Source of the DNA: Pseudodesulfovibrio piezophilus C1TLV30
GTDB lineage: Bacteria; Desulfobacterota; Desulfovibrionia; Desulfovibrionales; Desulfovibrionaceae
Assembly (NCBI RefSeq): GCF_000341895.1
Contig: NC_020409.1
Location: 1,470,001 to 1,502,000, forward strand
Reading direction: 5' to 3'
DNA length: 32,000 bases
Positions 18,192-26,793 of the stretch are shown piece by piece (position 1 is the first letter of the stretch; every line of letters starts with the position of its first letter). Under the pieces are notes generated by a model. It was not told the origin of the DNA. It ran no database searches and was given only the letters and a program-made list of their open reading frames with translations. Made by a program: the position numbers and the translations under genes.

Positions 18192-18232
18192 AAAAACCGG
18201 AGGCACTGATCAGTGCCTCCGGTTTCATTTTT
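18192..18232. terminator. Bidirectional rho-independent terminator between the MCP gene and the GGDEF-TPR gene
   Basis: Perfect 32-nt palindrome AAACCGGAGGCAC-TGATCA-GTGCCTCCGGTTT (18194-18225), with an A-tract upstream and a T-tract downstream. Confidence 0.85.
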
Positions 18233-18290
18233 CCCACCATCACGATCCGCATCACCATATGCGGAGTGCAAACCAGGTGATATACAAAGA

Positions 18291-20714
18291 TTATCCGGCA
18301 GCCCGAGCAGCCACTTTTATCGCCTCCTCTCCTTTCCCTTGAGCCTCCAACGCTTCGACCAGGACATCCCAATAGGCATCCTTGCCGGGAGACAAAGCAG
18401 CGGACTGACGAGCCAGGACTTCAGCAATCTGTGGATCTTCACCTTTATCCAAATAAAGCTTGGCAAGCATATGCATAGCCTGATGATCGTTGTGATCAGC
18501 ATTGAGAGCCAGATGCAAATACTCCCGTGTCGCTTCAATATCACCAAGGCGATAGGACACACGGGCAAGGGGGCGAAGCACCATGCGTTCACCTCCGGGT
18601 AAATCCGCGGCCCTTTTATACAAGGAACTGGCCTTGTCGAAAAAGCCTCCATTCTCCTCGATAGTCCCCAGCCTCATCAATGAATACACATGGTTCGGCT
18701 CTATTTTGAGGCATTCGCGATACGCTTGTTCGGCTTTTTCCAAATCTCCAAGCCGATGATTGGCCCAGCCAAGGTTGTAGAGAGCAAGCATATCTTTTTC
18801 TTCAAACTGCAAAACCCCTTCGAAATGTTTGCGGGCATCCTCGAATCGTCCCAATTGGGCAAAACATATTCCAAGTGAATTACGAGCCAACAAGTTGTTT
18901 TCATCGTCAAGCAGAGCCAACTTGAATTCTTCAATCGCGCCGTAGACATCACCATCCATGAAGCGTCGATCCGCTGAAAGATTCAAGGAAATGGAGTCAA
19001 AGACAGCCACACGCGGTTCAGGGAGTAGTAGAGCATGCTCTAATGCCTTCCGACAATTCTCCAAAATATCCGAACGACTGAATTTGAGGAAAGGATACAC
19101 TGCTGCTCCCACTGCGACACGAAGTCCGAATGTATCCTTTGCCAACCGCTCAATTTCCAAAGATTGTCGGCGTATGATTTCGGCATCCACACCCTCCTGA
19201 AAGAAAACCATGCCGTTCAGGCCATAACGCCCGCCAAGCGCGCTCTCGTTGAATGCGCCTCGAGCCAGGGTCGCAATATCGGACACCATCTGTTCCATTG
19301 CTTCCTGATACCGCTCCCCGGTGTCCGAAGGTTGGTCGAGCACCCGGAGAAGGGAAAGCCCGAAGGTTTCCGGAGCAAGGCGAGCCGAAGCAAAATTGGC
19401 TATAAAATCACTGTAGCTATAGAGCCTGGTCGCGACATCCCGATGTGTTTCTTCATCCTTGGCTCCAAGATCGATAAAAAGCGAATCGTCGCCTGAAACC
19501 AATTTCAAGCGGTCCCCTGCCACCAGGGTCGTTGTGGCATCACCCAGATGCAAGACTTCAGCAAAAGCGATTTCATCCTGTACTTCCACAAGGACGATCT
19601 CCCCTTTGTACATGGCGGGATAGCGCCCGACTATGCGCTCATCCTCAGTCAGTGATGCGGACGTTGCCGTTCCGGACTTGGGGGAACGGACAAGAAATCG
19701 CTGCCCGACCTTGGCCCCGGTCGTTTCGCCGAGAGAGACGAGCATCCGGTTCATTGGAAGCACTTCGAGAACACGGCCTCCCTTGGAGAGAATATCCGCA
19801 TACCCAAAGACCCGGTTGCGCCCTTGATCTTTGGCCACAGCCACACCCTTACGCGCCTTACGGACCAACATGCGGGCCTGCTCCGAGGCAGTTCTTCGAA
19901 ACTGAGCGCCTTCCAAACCCTGCGGATAATTAACAAACCCAACAGAACCGGAAATACTAATGGTGTCGTTGGTTATATCATCGGTAAAAGACAACTTACC
20001 GATACCCGACCGAATAACTTCGGAAAGCTGAAAACTTGCTCTGGGCTTGGCATCCGGCACCAGGATGGCAAATTTGTCGTTGGAAAAGCGGGCAACAGTT
20101 GTATATTTCGGGCAGACCAGATCAAGCAGACGACCAACTTCCGAAAGAATGTCATCTCCCTTGAGATACCCATAATGCTCGTTGATCCATTGAAAACCAT
20201 CAAGATCAAGAAACAGAACCCCCAGTGTGCCGGAAAAGGCGACGTCCACTTCTGCTGCTTCCATGTCCGTAGGGCAACTGCCGGTCTCTATGCATCCCTG
20301 TACCTGATCAATGGATTTCTCCAATTCATCCATAAAATAATCACGCGAAAACAATCCGGTCAGAGGATCGGTGACACTTTTTTTATACAAGGCGATCTTT
20401 TCCAGGACGGAACTGGCAAGGGCCATGATATATTTGGGGGCTGTCCCCGGAGCCTTGAGCTTCACTCCCTTAGCTATAAAATAGCAGAGCATCCGCCCTT
20501 GAAAAACAAGCGGAAGAATCAATTCCCTGTCCGCCACCCTGAACTCGGGTTCAGGAATCGGCGTGCCCGGATGATCTCTTGGAAAAAACAGGCTGTAGGA
20601 GGTGAAAGGCAGGAATTCAGCTATACAATCTTTGATCGTATGCTCGAAATCAATCAGCTCCTGCGGAGTGAAAGAAAGGGAACCGTTAGAAAAGATGTCT
20701 TTTATCGTCCTCAT
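18291..20714 (-). CDS. Multidomain signalling protein: N-terminal sensor-like region, degenerate GGDEF domain, beta-rich middle domain, second GGDEF-like domain, C-terminal TPR repeats
   Basis: 807 aa. DPLTGLFSRDYF...LFLDLDGFQWINEHYG...ARFSNDKFAIL is a GGDEF fold with SNDKF in place of GGDEF. A second relic reads GGRYGLNGMVFF. The C-terminal 230 aa or so has TPR-type repeats. Confidence 0.8.
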   Translation of the reverse strand: MRTIKDIFSNGSLSFTPQELIDFEHTIKDCIAEFLPFTSYSLFFPRDHPGTPIPEPEFRVADRELILPLVFQGRMLCYFIAKGVKLKAPGTAPKYIMALASSVLEKIALYKKSVTDPLTGLFSRDYFMDELEKSIDQVQGCIETGSCPTDMEAAEVDVAFSGTLGVLFLDLDGFQWINEHYGYLKGDDILSEVGRLLDLVCPKYTTVARFSNDKFAILVPDAKPRASFQLSEVIRSGIGKLSFTDDITNDTISISGSVGFVNYPQGLEGAQFRRTASEQARMLVRKARKGVAVAKDQGRNRVFGYADILSKGGRVLEVLPMNRMLVSLGETTGAKVGQRFLVRSPKSGTATSASLTEDERIVGRYPAMYKGEIVLVEVQDEIAFAEVLHLGDATTTLVAGDRLKLVSGDDSLFIDLGAKDEETHRDVATRLYSYSDFIANFASARLAPETFGLSLLRVLDQPSDTGERYQEAMEQMVSDIATLARGAFNESALGGRYGLNGMVFFQEGVDAEIIRRQSLEIERLAKDTFGLRVAVGAAVYPFLKFSRSDILENCRKALEHALLLPEPRVAVFDSISLNLSADRRFMDGDVYGAIEEFKLALLDDENNLLARNSLGICFAQLGRFEDARKHFEGVLQFEEKDMLALYNLGWANHRLGDLEKAEQAYRECLKIEPNHVYSLMRLGTIEENGGFFDKASSLYKRAADLPGGERMVLRPLARVSYRLGDIEATREYLHLALNADHNDHQAMHMLAKLYLDKGEDPQIAEVLARQSAALSPGKDAYWDVLVEALEAQGKGEEAIKVAARAAG

Positions 20715-20900
20715 AATGCCGGAGAATACATCGGGGTCGAATTTAACTCAAACAAAAGTTCCGACTTTCGGCATAAATACGTGTTCCCCTGAAAAGGATA
20801 TCAATTCTTTTTCAGGACTATATCAATGTATCCAGATATAGAAATTTTTCTTGACTAATGACAGCAAGCCTGTCAGTTCCACAGAGAACATAGAGGGATC

Positions 20901-21749
20901 ATGAAAATTATAAAAAACCTGAACTCACTCCAAGAACAATGCTTCGCCTGGCGGAACCAAGGTCTGAAAGTAGGCCTTGTCCCAACCATGGGATTCTTCC
21001 ATGACGGACACCAAGCCCTGATGCGGCAGGCTCGTGGACTATGCGACAAGCTGGTGGTCAGTCTTTTTCTCAATCCGACTCAGTTCGGGGAGAACGAAGA
21101 TCTGGATAAATATCCCCACGATTTTGACGGGGATTGCTCCAAAGCAGAAGCACAGGGGGTTGATGTCCTTTTCGCCCCGGCTCCTCAATCAATGTACCAC
21201 GAAAACCATGCCACATGGATAGATGTCCCTGCTCTGGGGAGCAATCTCTGCGGGGCTTCCCGCCAAGGACATTTCCGTGGGGTTTGCACTGTTGTGACCA
21301 AACTTTTCATGCTCACCCAACCGGAAATCGCGGTTTTCGGCCAAAAAGATTGGCAACAGCTAGCCATAATCCGCCGGATGGTGCGGGATTTGAATATACC
21401 GGTCGAAATTATCGGGCATGAGATAGTGCGGGAACCAGATGGCCTTGCCATGAGTTCCCGGAACGCGTATCTCACGAAAGATGAGAGAGATGTCGCTCCG
21501 GCGATCCGACAGGGGCTGCTCAAAGTCATTTCAAAGGTCCGGGACGGAGAACGCAACGCGGCATTGATCAAACATTTTCTGCAAGAGGAATATGCGGCCA
21601 CCCTGCCCACGGGCAAGGTCGACTACATAGAGGCCGTGGACCCTGCCGACATCGAACCGGTGGAAACCATCAGTTCGTCGACTCTGGTTGCTGTAGCCAT
21701 CAGACTCGGAAAGGCCCGGCTCATCGACAACATTTTGATAGAGGTTTGA
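20901..21749 (+). CDS. panC: Pantoate--beta-alanine ligase
   Basis: 282 aa. VPTMGFFHDGHQALM and FGQKDWQQ are PanC signatures. Confidence 0.93.
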   Translation: MKIIKNLNSLQEQCFAWRNQGLKVGLVPTMGFFHDGHQALMRQARGLCDKLVVSLFLNPTQFGENEDLDKYPHDFDGDCSKAEAQGVDVLFAPAPQSMYHENHATWIDVPALGSNLCGASRQGHFRGVCTVVTKLFMLTQPEIAVFGQKDWQQLAIIRRMVRDLNIPVEIIGHEIVREPDGLAMSSRNAYLTKDERDVAPAIRQGLLKVISKVRDGERNAALIKHFLQEEYAATLPTGKVDYIEAVDPADIEPVETISSSTLVAVAIRLGKARLIDNILIEV

Positions 21750-22132
21750 AGACTGTGGCTCAACGATGTTTTCTCAGTGCCAAAATCCATGGCGCAACCA
21801 TTACCTGTGCAAAGCTTGAATACCGAGGGAGTTTATCTATCGACAGCAGCCTGATGAAGGCTGTCGGCCTGATCCCCTACGAAAAAATAGATGTCTACAA
21901 CCTGGACAACGGGGAGCGACTGACAACGTACGCCATTCCTGGTGAGCCTGGCGAGATTTGTCTCAATGGCGCAGCAGCTCACAAAGGGCAGGTCGGACAG
22001 CGGGTCATCATCGCAAGCTATGCATGGTTCAGCGAAGAAGAAGCCCTGAGCTACAAGCCCAAGGTCGTGATTGCGGGCAAGGACAACACTGTCGACGAAT
22101 TTCTGGAGTGCGACATTACTCTCGATTTCTAA
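21746..22132 (+). CDS. panD: Aspartate 1-decarboxylase proenzyme
   Basis: 128 aa. SAKIHGATITCAKLEYRGSLSID contains the Gly-Ser self-processing site. The TTG start overlaps the panC stop (TTGA); GTG at 21755 is an alternative. Confidence 0.9.
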   Translation: MKTVAQRCFLSAKIHGATITCAKLEYRGSLSIDSSLMKAVGLIPYEKIDVYNLDNGERLTTYAIPGEPGEICLNGAAAHKGQVGQRVIIASYAWFSEEEALSYKPKVVIAGKDNTVDEFLECDITLDF

Positions 22133-22261
22133 TTGGTATGACAAAATAGTTACAACGGACACTTCAAAGTTCTGGCTGCACTGTCCCTCCCGAGCGTGGA
22201 GGACATCACTCCCAAGAGGGACAGGCGACACCGGCCGGAAAGAATCTGTTAGGAGGATTCA

Positions 22262-23431
22262 ATGCAGATCGAAGGCAAATACCTGTTTACTTCCGAATCC
22301 GTGACCGAAGGTCACCCCGATAAAGTTGCCGACCAGATTTCCGATGCAATACTGGATGCCATCATCGGCCAAGATCCTATGGCTCGTGTGGCATGCGAAA
22401 CATTGGTCACGACCGGTATGGCGTTCATCGCCGGGGAAATATCCACTACGGCCTATGCCGATTTTCCTGACATTGTTCGTAACACTATCAAGGATATCGG
22501 CTATAACAGTGCCGATACCATGGGCTTTGACTGGCAAACCTGCGCAGTCATCTCATCCATAGACAAACAGTCCCCGGATATTGCTCAAGGTGTCGATCGT
22601 ACCAAGCCGGAAGAACAGGGTGCTGGCGATCAGGGCATGATGTTCGGATTTGCCACCAACGAAACGCCAACATTGATGCCGACTCCTATCTACTACGCCC
22701 ACCAGCTTTCCAAACGTCTGACTCAGGTCCGCAAGGAAGGAATTCTTGACTACCTGCGCCCTGATGGCAAAACACAGGTCTGCGTTGAATTCGATAACGG
22801 GAAACCCGTGCGTATCGACAACGTCGTTGTCTCGTCCCAGCATGCCGAAGGCATTGAACTGAAGGATCTGCAAGAGGATATTTTCAAGGAAGTCATCCTC
22901 AAGACCCTGCCTGAAGACCTGATCGACGACAAACTCAAGACCTACATCAACCCGACCGGACGGTTTGTTATCGGTGGCCCTGTGGGAGACTGCGGGCTGA
23001 CCGGACGCAAGATCATCAATGACACCTATGGTGGCGCTGGTGCACATGGCGGCGGAGCATTTTCCGGTAAAGATCCATCCAAGGTTGACCGCTCCGGCGC
23101 ATACATGGCCCGCTACGTTGCCAAAAACGTCGTGGCCGCAGGCCTGGCTGACCAATGCGAAGTGCAGATTGCCTACGCCATTGGTGTGGCAAACCCGGTT
23201 TCCGTGGTTGTTTGCTCTCGCGGAACAGGAAAAGTCACAGATGAACAGCTGACCAAAGCTGTCACCGAAGTATTTGACATGCGCCCCTATTACATCCTAG
23301 AGCGCCTGAATCTGCGTCGGCCAATTTTTCAGGCATCCACCAACTATGGTCACTTTGGCCGTGAACTGCCTGAATTCACCTGGGAAAAAACCGATGCTGT
23401 CGACGACCTACGCACAGCCTGCAAAATCTAA
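22262..23431 (+). CDS. metK: S-adenosylmethionine synthase
   Basis: 389 aa. [25 protein letters not shown] and GGGAFSGKD motifs. AGGAGG lies 5 nt upstream. Confidence 0.96.
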   Translation: MQIEGKYLFTSESVTEGHPDKVADQISDAILDAIIGQDPMARVACETLVTTGMAFIAGEISTTAYADFPDIVRNTIKDIGYNSADTMGFDWQTCAVISSIDKQSPDIAQGVDRTKPEEQGAGDQGMMFGFATNETPTLMPTPIYYAHQLSKRLTQVRKEGILDYLRPDGKTQVCVEFDNGKPVRIDNVVVSSQHAEGIELKDLQEDIFKEVILKTLPEDLIDDKLKTYINPTGRFVIGGPVGDCGLTGRKIINDTYGGAGAHGGGAFSGKDPSKVDRSGAYMARYVAKNVVAAGLADQCEVQIAYAIGVANPVSVVVCSRGTGKVTDEQLTKAVTEVFDMRPYYILERLNLRRPIFQASTNYGHFGRELPEFTWEKTDAVDDLRTACKI

Positions 23432-23448
23432 AAACTCTCTACCACTCC

Positions 23449-23477
23449 AAGGTGGGCGCTCTGCGTCCACCTTTTTT
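23449..23477 (+). terminator. Rho-independent terminator after metK
   Basis: AAGGTGGGCGC-tct-GCGTCCACCTT followed by TTTT. Confidence 0.85.
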
Positions 23478-23486
23478 ATTGACCAA

Positions 23487-23501
23487 AGAGTTTAGCTACT
23501 A
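23487..23501. promoter_or_regulatory. Repeated motif copy 1 (candidate MarR operator) upstream of the MarR gene
   Basis: AGAGTTTAGCTACTA matches 23987-24001 at 14 of 15 positions and contains the palindrome TAGCTA. Confidence 0.4.
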
Positions 23502-23513
23502 TACACATAACCT

Positions 23514-23972
23514 ATGCGCACCATAAAAGACATGACCCCGGAAATGAACTTACTGACAAAAACGTTCATGCGATTTACTCAGATCAGCAAGCGCCCTATG
23601 GATTTCGGCGTTGGGATCAATATTTTCCCCGCTGAGATACATACTGTTGAGCGACTGTGTGAGCGAGGACCGATGAGCATCACCGAGTTGGCCGAATCCT
23701 CGGGAGTAACAAAAGGTGCCATGTCGCAATTGGTCAGCAAACTTATTAAAAAAGGCCTCGCCTATCGTGAGACAGATCCTGACAATCTATCAAAGCACCA
23801 AATCATCCCCACAGAACTCGGCCTAAAAGCCCACGAGGGTCATATGCGGTTTCATATGGAACACGACAAAGATTTTTTTGATTACATCGCAAATCTTGAC
23901 CCGGAAAAATACGCATTTTTCAAAGAACTCTGTCACAAAATGGACGCCTGGATGAGTACGTATTCCCTGTAA
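23514..23972 (+). CDS. MarR family transcriptional regulator
   Basis: 152 aa. Winged-helix segment MSITELAESSGVTKGAMSQLVSKLIKKGLAYRETDPDN. Confidence 0.8.
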   Translation: MRTIKDMTPEMNLLTKTFMRFTQISKRPMDFGVGINIFPAEIHTVERLCERGPMSITELAESSGVTKGAMSQLVSKLIKKGLAYRETDPDNLSKHQIIPTELGLKAHEGHMRFHMEHDKDFFDYIANLDPEKYAFFKELCHKMDAWMSTYSL

Positions 23973-23986
23973 TTTTTTTTACTTGA

Positions 23987-24001
23987 AGAGTATAGCTACT
24001 A
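23987..24001. promoter_or_regulatory. Repeated motif copy 2 (candidate MarR operator) upstream of the methyltransferase gene
   Basis: AGAGTATAGCTACTA sits in the 49-nt gap between the MarR and methyltransferase genes, 20 nt before the ATG at 24022. Confidence 0.4.
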
Positions 24002-24021
24002 ACCCCTTAAAGGAGGTTTTT

Positions 24022-25041
24022 ATGTCTTTTCCCAATCCAAAAGCATCCCTGGCCCCGATCGAAAACACCCTGATGGAAGCTGTCAGTGCCCACGCAATTC
24101 TCGATTCCATCGAGTTAGGCATTTTCGACCATTTGAACGAGGCTCCTCTCACGGCTCATGGTCTTGCCGAAAAACTGGGGTTGAAAGAAAAGCCTCTTGA
24201 AGCACTGCTTGACGTACTGGTCACCAAGAAACTTCTTGAACACCCCGGTACTGAGTACGCCAATAGCCTCATGGCTCAAGAATACATGGTAAGCTCCTCC
24301 CCTCTTTTTCAGGGAGCGGCCATGACCATGCAAGCCCGATTCAACGAGACAATGCGACAAGGTTTTAGAAACATCCTGAAGGAGGGATCGCTCAAACGGA
24401 ATGAGGTGGATGAAAATTGGGGGGAGTACGAAACAATGCTGGGAACCTATCAACATGCACTGAACGGTCAGATACAAGGAACAACAGCATACCTGGCAGC
24501 ACTCCCGGAATTCCCTTCTTTTCGCAGCATGGCAGACGTCGGCGGCAACCATGGGCAGTATTCCATGGAACTTTTGGAACGAAACCCTGACTTGAAAAGC
24601 ACTCTCTACGACTTTCCGGCAGTTGTTTCAGCCGCCTCCCAACGCTGCAAAGACAGGGGTTTTGCCGACAGGCTGACGTGCACCGAGTTTGATCTTCGCG
24701 CAGACGCGTTACCCCGGGACTCCTATGACCTGATTTTCTTCTCCCATATACTGTACGGCTGCAAGGACGATTTGCACTCGATTTTCACAATGGCCAAGAA
24801 TGCCCTGAAAACTGGAGGATGCCTCGTCAGCCAACATTTCGCCCCTGAAGGCGGCGCATCTGAATTGTACAAGACCAATGTGGAACTGCTGACAAGACTG
24901 CTCGGCTACGACACCCACTTCATCGCTCGTGCGGAATTGGAAGACGCCTTGCTCAAGACTGGGTTCGGACAGATGGAACACACATTCACTGGCGTTGACG
25001 GACAGAGCCTCCTACTGATCGCTCGAAAGTCCTCAACCTGA
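24022..25041 (+). CDS. SAM-dependent O-methyltransferase (family 2, with N-terminal dimerisation/winged-helix domain)
   Basis: Start at MSFPNPK, 5 nt after AGGAGG. DVGGNHGQYSMELLERNPDLKSTLYDFPAVV is the class I SAM-binding motif in the arrangement seen in small-molecule O-methyltransferases. Confidence 0.75.
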   Translation: MSFPNPKASLAPIENTLMEAVSAHAILDSIELGIFDHLNEAPLTAHGLAEKLGLKEKPLEALLDVLVTKKLLEHPGTEYANSLMAQEYMVSSSPLFQGAAMTMQARFNETMRQGFRNILKEGSLKRNEVDENWGEYETMLGTYQHALNGQIQGTTAYLAALPEFPSFRSMADVGGNHGQYSMELLERNPDLKSTLYDFPAVVSAASQRCKDRGFADRLTCTEFDLRADALPRDSYDLIFFSHILYGCKDDLHSIFTMAKNALKTGGCLVSQHFAPEGGASELYKTNVELLTRLLGYDTHFIARAELEDALLKTGFGQMEHTFTGVDGQSLLLIARKSST

Positions 25042-26298
25042 CTCAGCTGATGATGCCCCGCAGGAGTCTGAGTTTTGTCGCCCCATATCCACGCAAAGGA
25101 TACGGTGATCCCGACTGCCTTTATGGTAAAAAACCTGAGCGATGGTGGTGCAAAGATTACCCGAAGCCATCGATATATAAGGAGGAGTTGTAAACTTCTC
25201 AAGCCCGGCCTGGATTGGCAGAAAGTACTCCTTGAGTGAGTGATCTGCGCCAATTCGGGCCGGTTCATAGAGGAACCGCTTGCTTTTACGAAGCTTGTCA
25301 GGATTGCATATGGTATTTGAAACCTGCCTGCCCTGCATATCAAGCACATAGAGGCACTCAACATTTGGATAATTCGCTATAAATTCAGACAAGCGATGGT
25401 CAATTTCACGGGATGGACGGTTTGCCAGGCTTTGACACATCGTGAGTACAATATGGTAGAATCCGGAAAAAAGCTGTTTTTCCTCTGCAATACGGCGGGT
25501 CTGATTATCCCTGTATTTTTCTGCAAGAGCATCAATCTTGTTGGCCATACACGGAACTGCTGACAGGCCCGGTGCTGGCCGGGCAAAAAAGAATCCCTGA
25601 AAGATATCAATACCATTGCCAAGCAGACACATGGCTTCATTGCTTGTTTCCACTCCCTCGGCAAGTACCAGACAGCCAAGGCGGCTCGACATCTGCACAA
25701 AACTGCGCACAACCTCCAGCTTGTGGAACTGTTTATCCACTCCGGAAACAAGAGATCGGTCAAGCTTGATGATGTCCGGCTTGAGCAATGGGATCCGATC
25801 CAGATTAGAGTAGCCCGCGCCGACATCATCCAGCCCGATGAGAAAGTTCTTTTTACGATAGAATCGAACGAACTCCATAAGCGCATTTTCATCTTCGCAT
25901 CGCGATTCAATGATTTCTATAATGACATTGTTCGGGCTGATCCCACAACGCTTGACGAGTTCAAGCAGATGATTGGACCCGCGAGTCATGCTGTTGATGC
26001 AGGACGCATCGATATTCATGGAAAGCATGACACTTTTGTCACGACGATGAAGCGTTGCAAATGATTCCACAGCCTTTGTCCGGCAGACCCGATCAAGAGC
26101 AAGACGGGACACCCCGTCCCGAGCCTGATCAAATAAAGACGTAGGAGGTATAAGCTCGCCACTCTCTGGGTCAAATCCCCGACTCAAGGCTTCCAACCCG
26201 ATGACAGCCTTGCGCTTGAGCGAGACCTGCGGTTGAAAATAGGTGAGAATCCGTTCATTCTCAATTATGTCATGAAGGCTGGGTGCTGTGGTCGCCAT
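25033..26298 (-). CDS. EAL-domain c-di-GMP phosphodiesterase with a C-terminal Cache/PAS-like sensor domain
   Basis: All EAL catalytic motifs appear intact (QPQV, EALSR, N, EIIES, DDVGAGYSNL, KLDRS, EGVET, QGFFFARP). The C-terminal 150 aa has a Cache-like pattern (DHSLKEYF...PPYISMASGNLCTT). Start set at M65, because the upstream ATG at 26397 sits in the glnK terminator stem. Confidence 0.75.
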   Translation of the reverse strand: MATTAPSLHDIIENERILTYFQPQVSLKRKAVIGLEALSRGFDPESGELIPPTSLFDQARDGVSRLALDRVCRTKAVESFATLHRRDKSVMLSMNIDASCINSMTRGSNHLLELVKRCGISPNNVIIEIIESRCEDENALMEFVRFYRKKNFLIGLDDVGAGYSNLDRIPLLKPDIIKLDRSLVSGVDKQFHKLEVVRSFVQMSSRLGCLVLAEGVETSNEAMCLLGNGIDIFQGFFFARPAPGLSAVPCMANKIDALAEKYRDNQTRRIAEEKQLFSGFYHIVLTMCQSLANRPSREIDHRLSEFIANYPNVECLYVLDMQGRQVSNTICNPDKLRKSKRFLYEPARIGADHSLKEYFLPIQAGLEKFTTPPYISMASGNLCTTIAQVFYHKGSRDHRILCVDMGRQNSDSCGASSAESG

Positions 26299-26364
26299 TG
26301 AAATTACATATGACTGACGGAGAGTCGTCTGTGACAGGCTGCTTCGCGTTCGGTTGGAGTTTTG

Positions 26365-26395
26365 AAAAGGCCGGGACGGACTCGCCGCCCCGGCC
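26365..26395 (-). terminator. Candidate terminator after glnK
   Basis: On the minus strand GGCCGGG pairs with CCCGGCC, with 3 further inner pairs, followed by TTTTC. It begins 25 nt after the glnK stop. Confidence 0.5.
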
Positions 26396-26419
26396 ATATC
26401 GGTCTCTTGACACTCAGTT

Positions 26420-26752
26420 TTAAAGGATACCGTCTTCGGCGGTTCTGATACGCAGCGCCTTGGCAAGCTCGGTGACAAAGATGACACCATCGCCTTCGCT
26501 TCCGGTCTGTCCTGCGGTCTGAATGGCCTCTATGGCTTTCGCCTCGAAGTCGTTATTGACGCCGATTTCAAGACGAACTTTCTTGAGCAGGTTCACTTCC
26601 ATCTGGACGCCACGGTAGGTTTCGGTAAACCCTTTCTGACGACCTGATCCCAGGATATTTGTCACGGACATGGAGTATATTTCCTTGGCGAACAAGGCTT
26701 GCTTCACGTCATTGAGTTTTTCAGGTCTGATGTATGCTATGATGAGCTTCAT
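26420..26752 (-). CDS. glnK: Nitrogen regulatory protein P-II
   Basis: 110 aa. The T-loop [14 protein letters not shown] has the conserved Tyr. Lies directly downstream of amtB. Confidence 0.93.
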   Translation of the reverse strand: MKLIIAYIRPEKLNDVKQALFAKEIYSMSVTNILGSGRQKGFTETYRGVQMEVNLLKKVRLEIGVNNDFEAKAIEAIQTAGQTGSEGDGVIFVTELAKALRIRTAEDGIL

Positions 26753-26793
26753 TTTTTCTTCTCCTTATAGTGTCTGGTGATCGAACTTCGCGC

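Noticed and set aside
19824-20792. Long antisense ORFs opposite real genes. Examples: 19824-20792, 4936-5670, 3539-4201, 2375-2848, 12182-12736, 22553-23155, 27067-27612, 27625-28170, 28937-29791 and 30874-31527.
   Set aside because: Each lies entirely opposite a gene with clear family signatures. Their translations are low-complexity (Gly/Arg/Ser/Pro-rich) with no recognisable motifs. These are shadow ORFs, typical of moderately GC-rich DNA.
22133-22261. SAM-I or SAM-II riboswitch upstream of metK.
   Set aside because: The region is too short for SAM-I and lacks its conserved core strings. The SAM-II U-rich/AAAGCU pseudoknot elements are also absent. It is kept only as an unclassified structured leader.
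23514-23531. Identical MRTIKD N-termini in the MarR protein (23514) and the GGDEF-TPR protein (20714, minus strand).
   Set aside because: The similarity covers only six residues and about 11 nt (ATAAAAGACAT), and the flanking DNA is unrelated. It is treated as coincidence.
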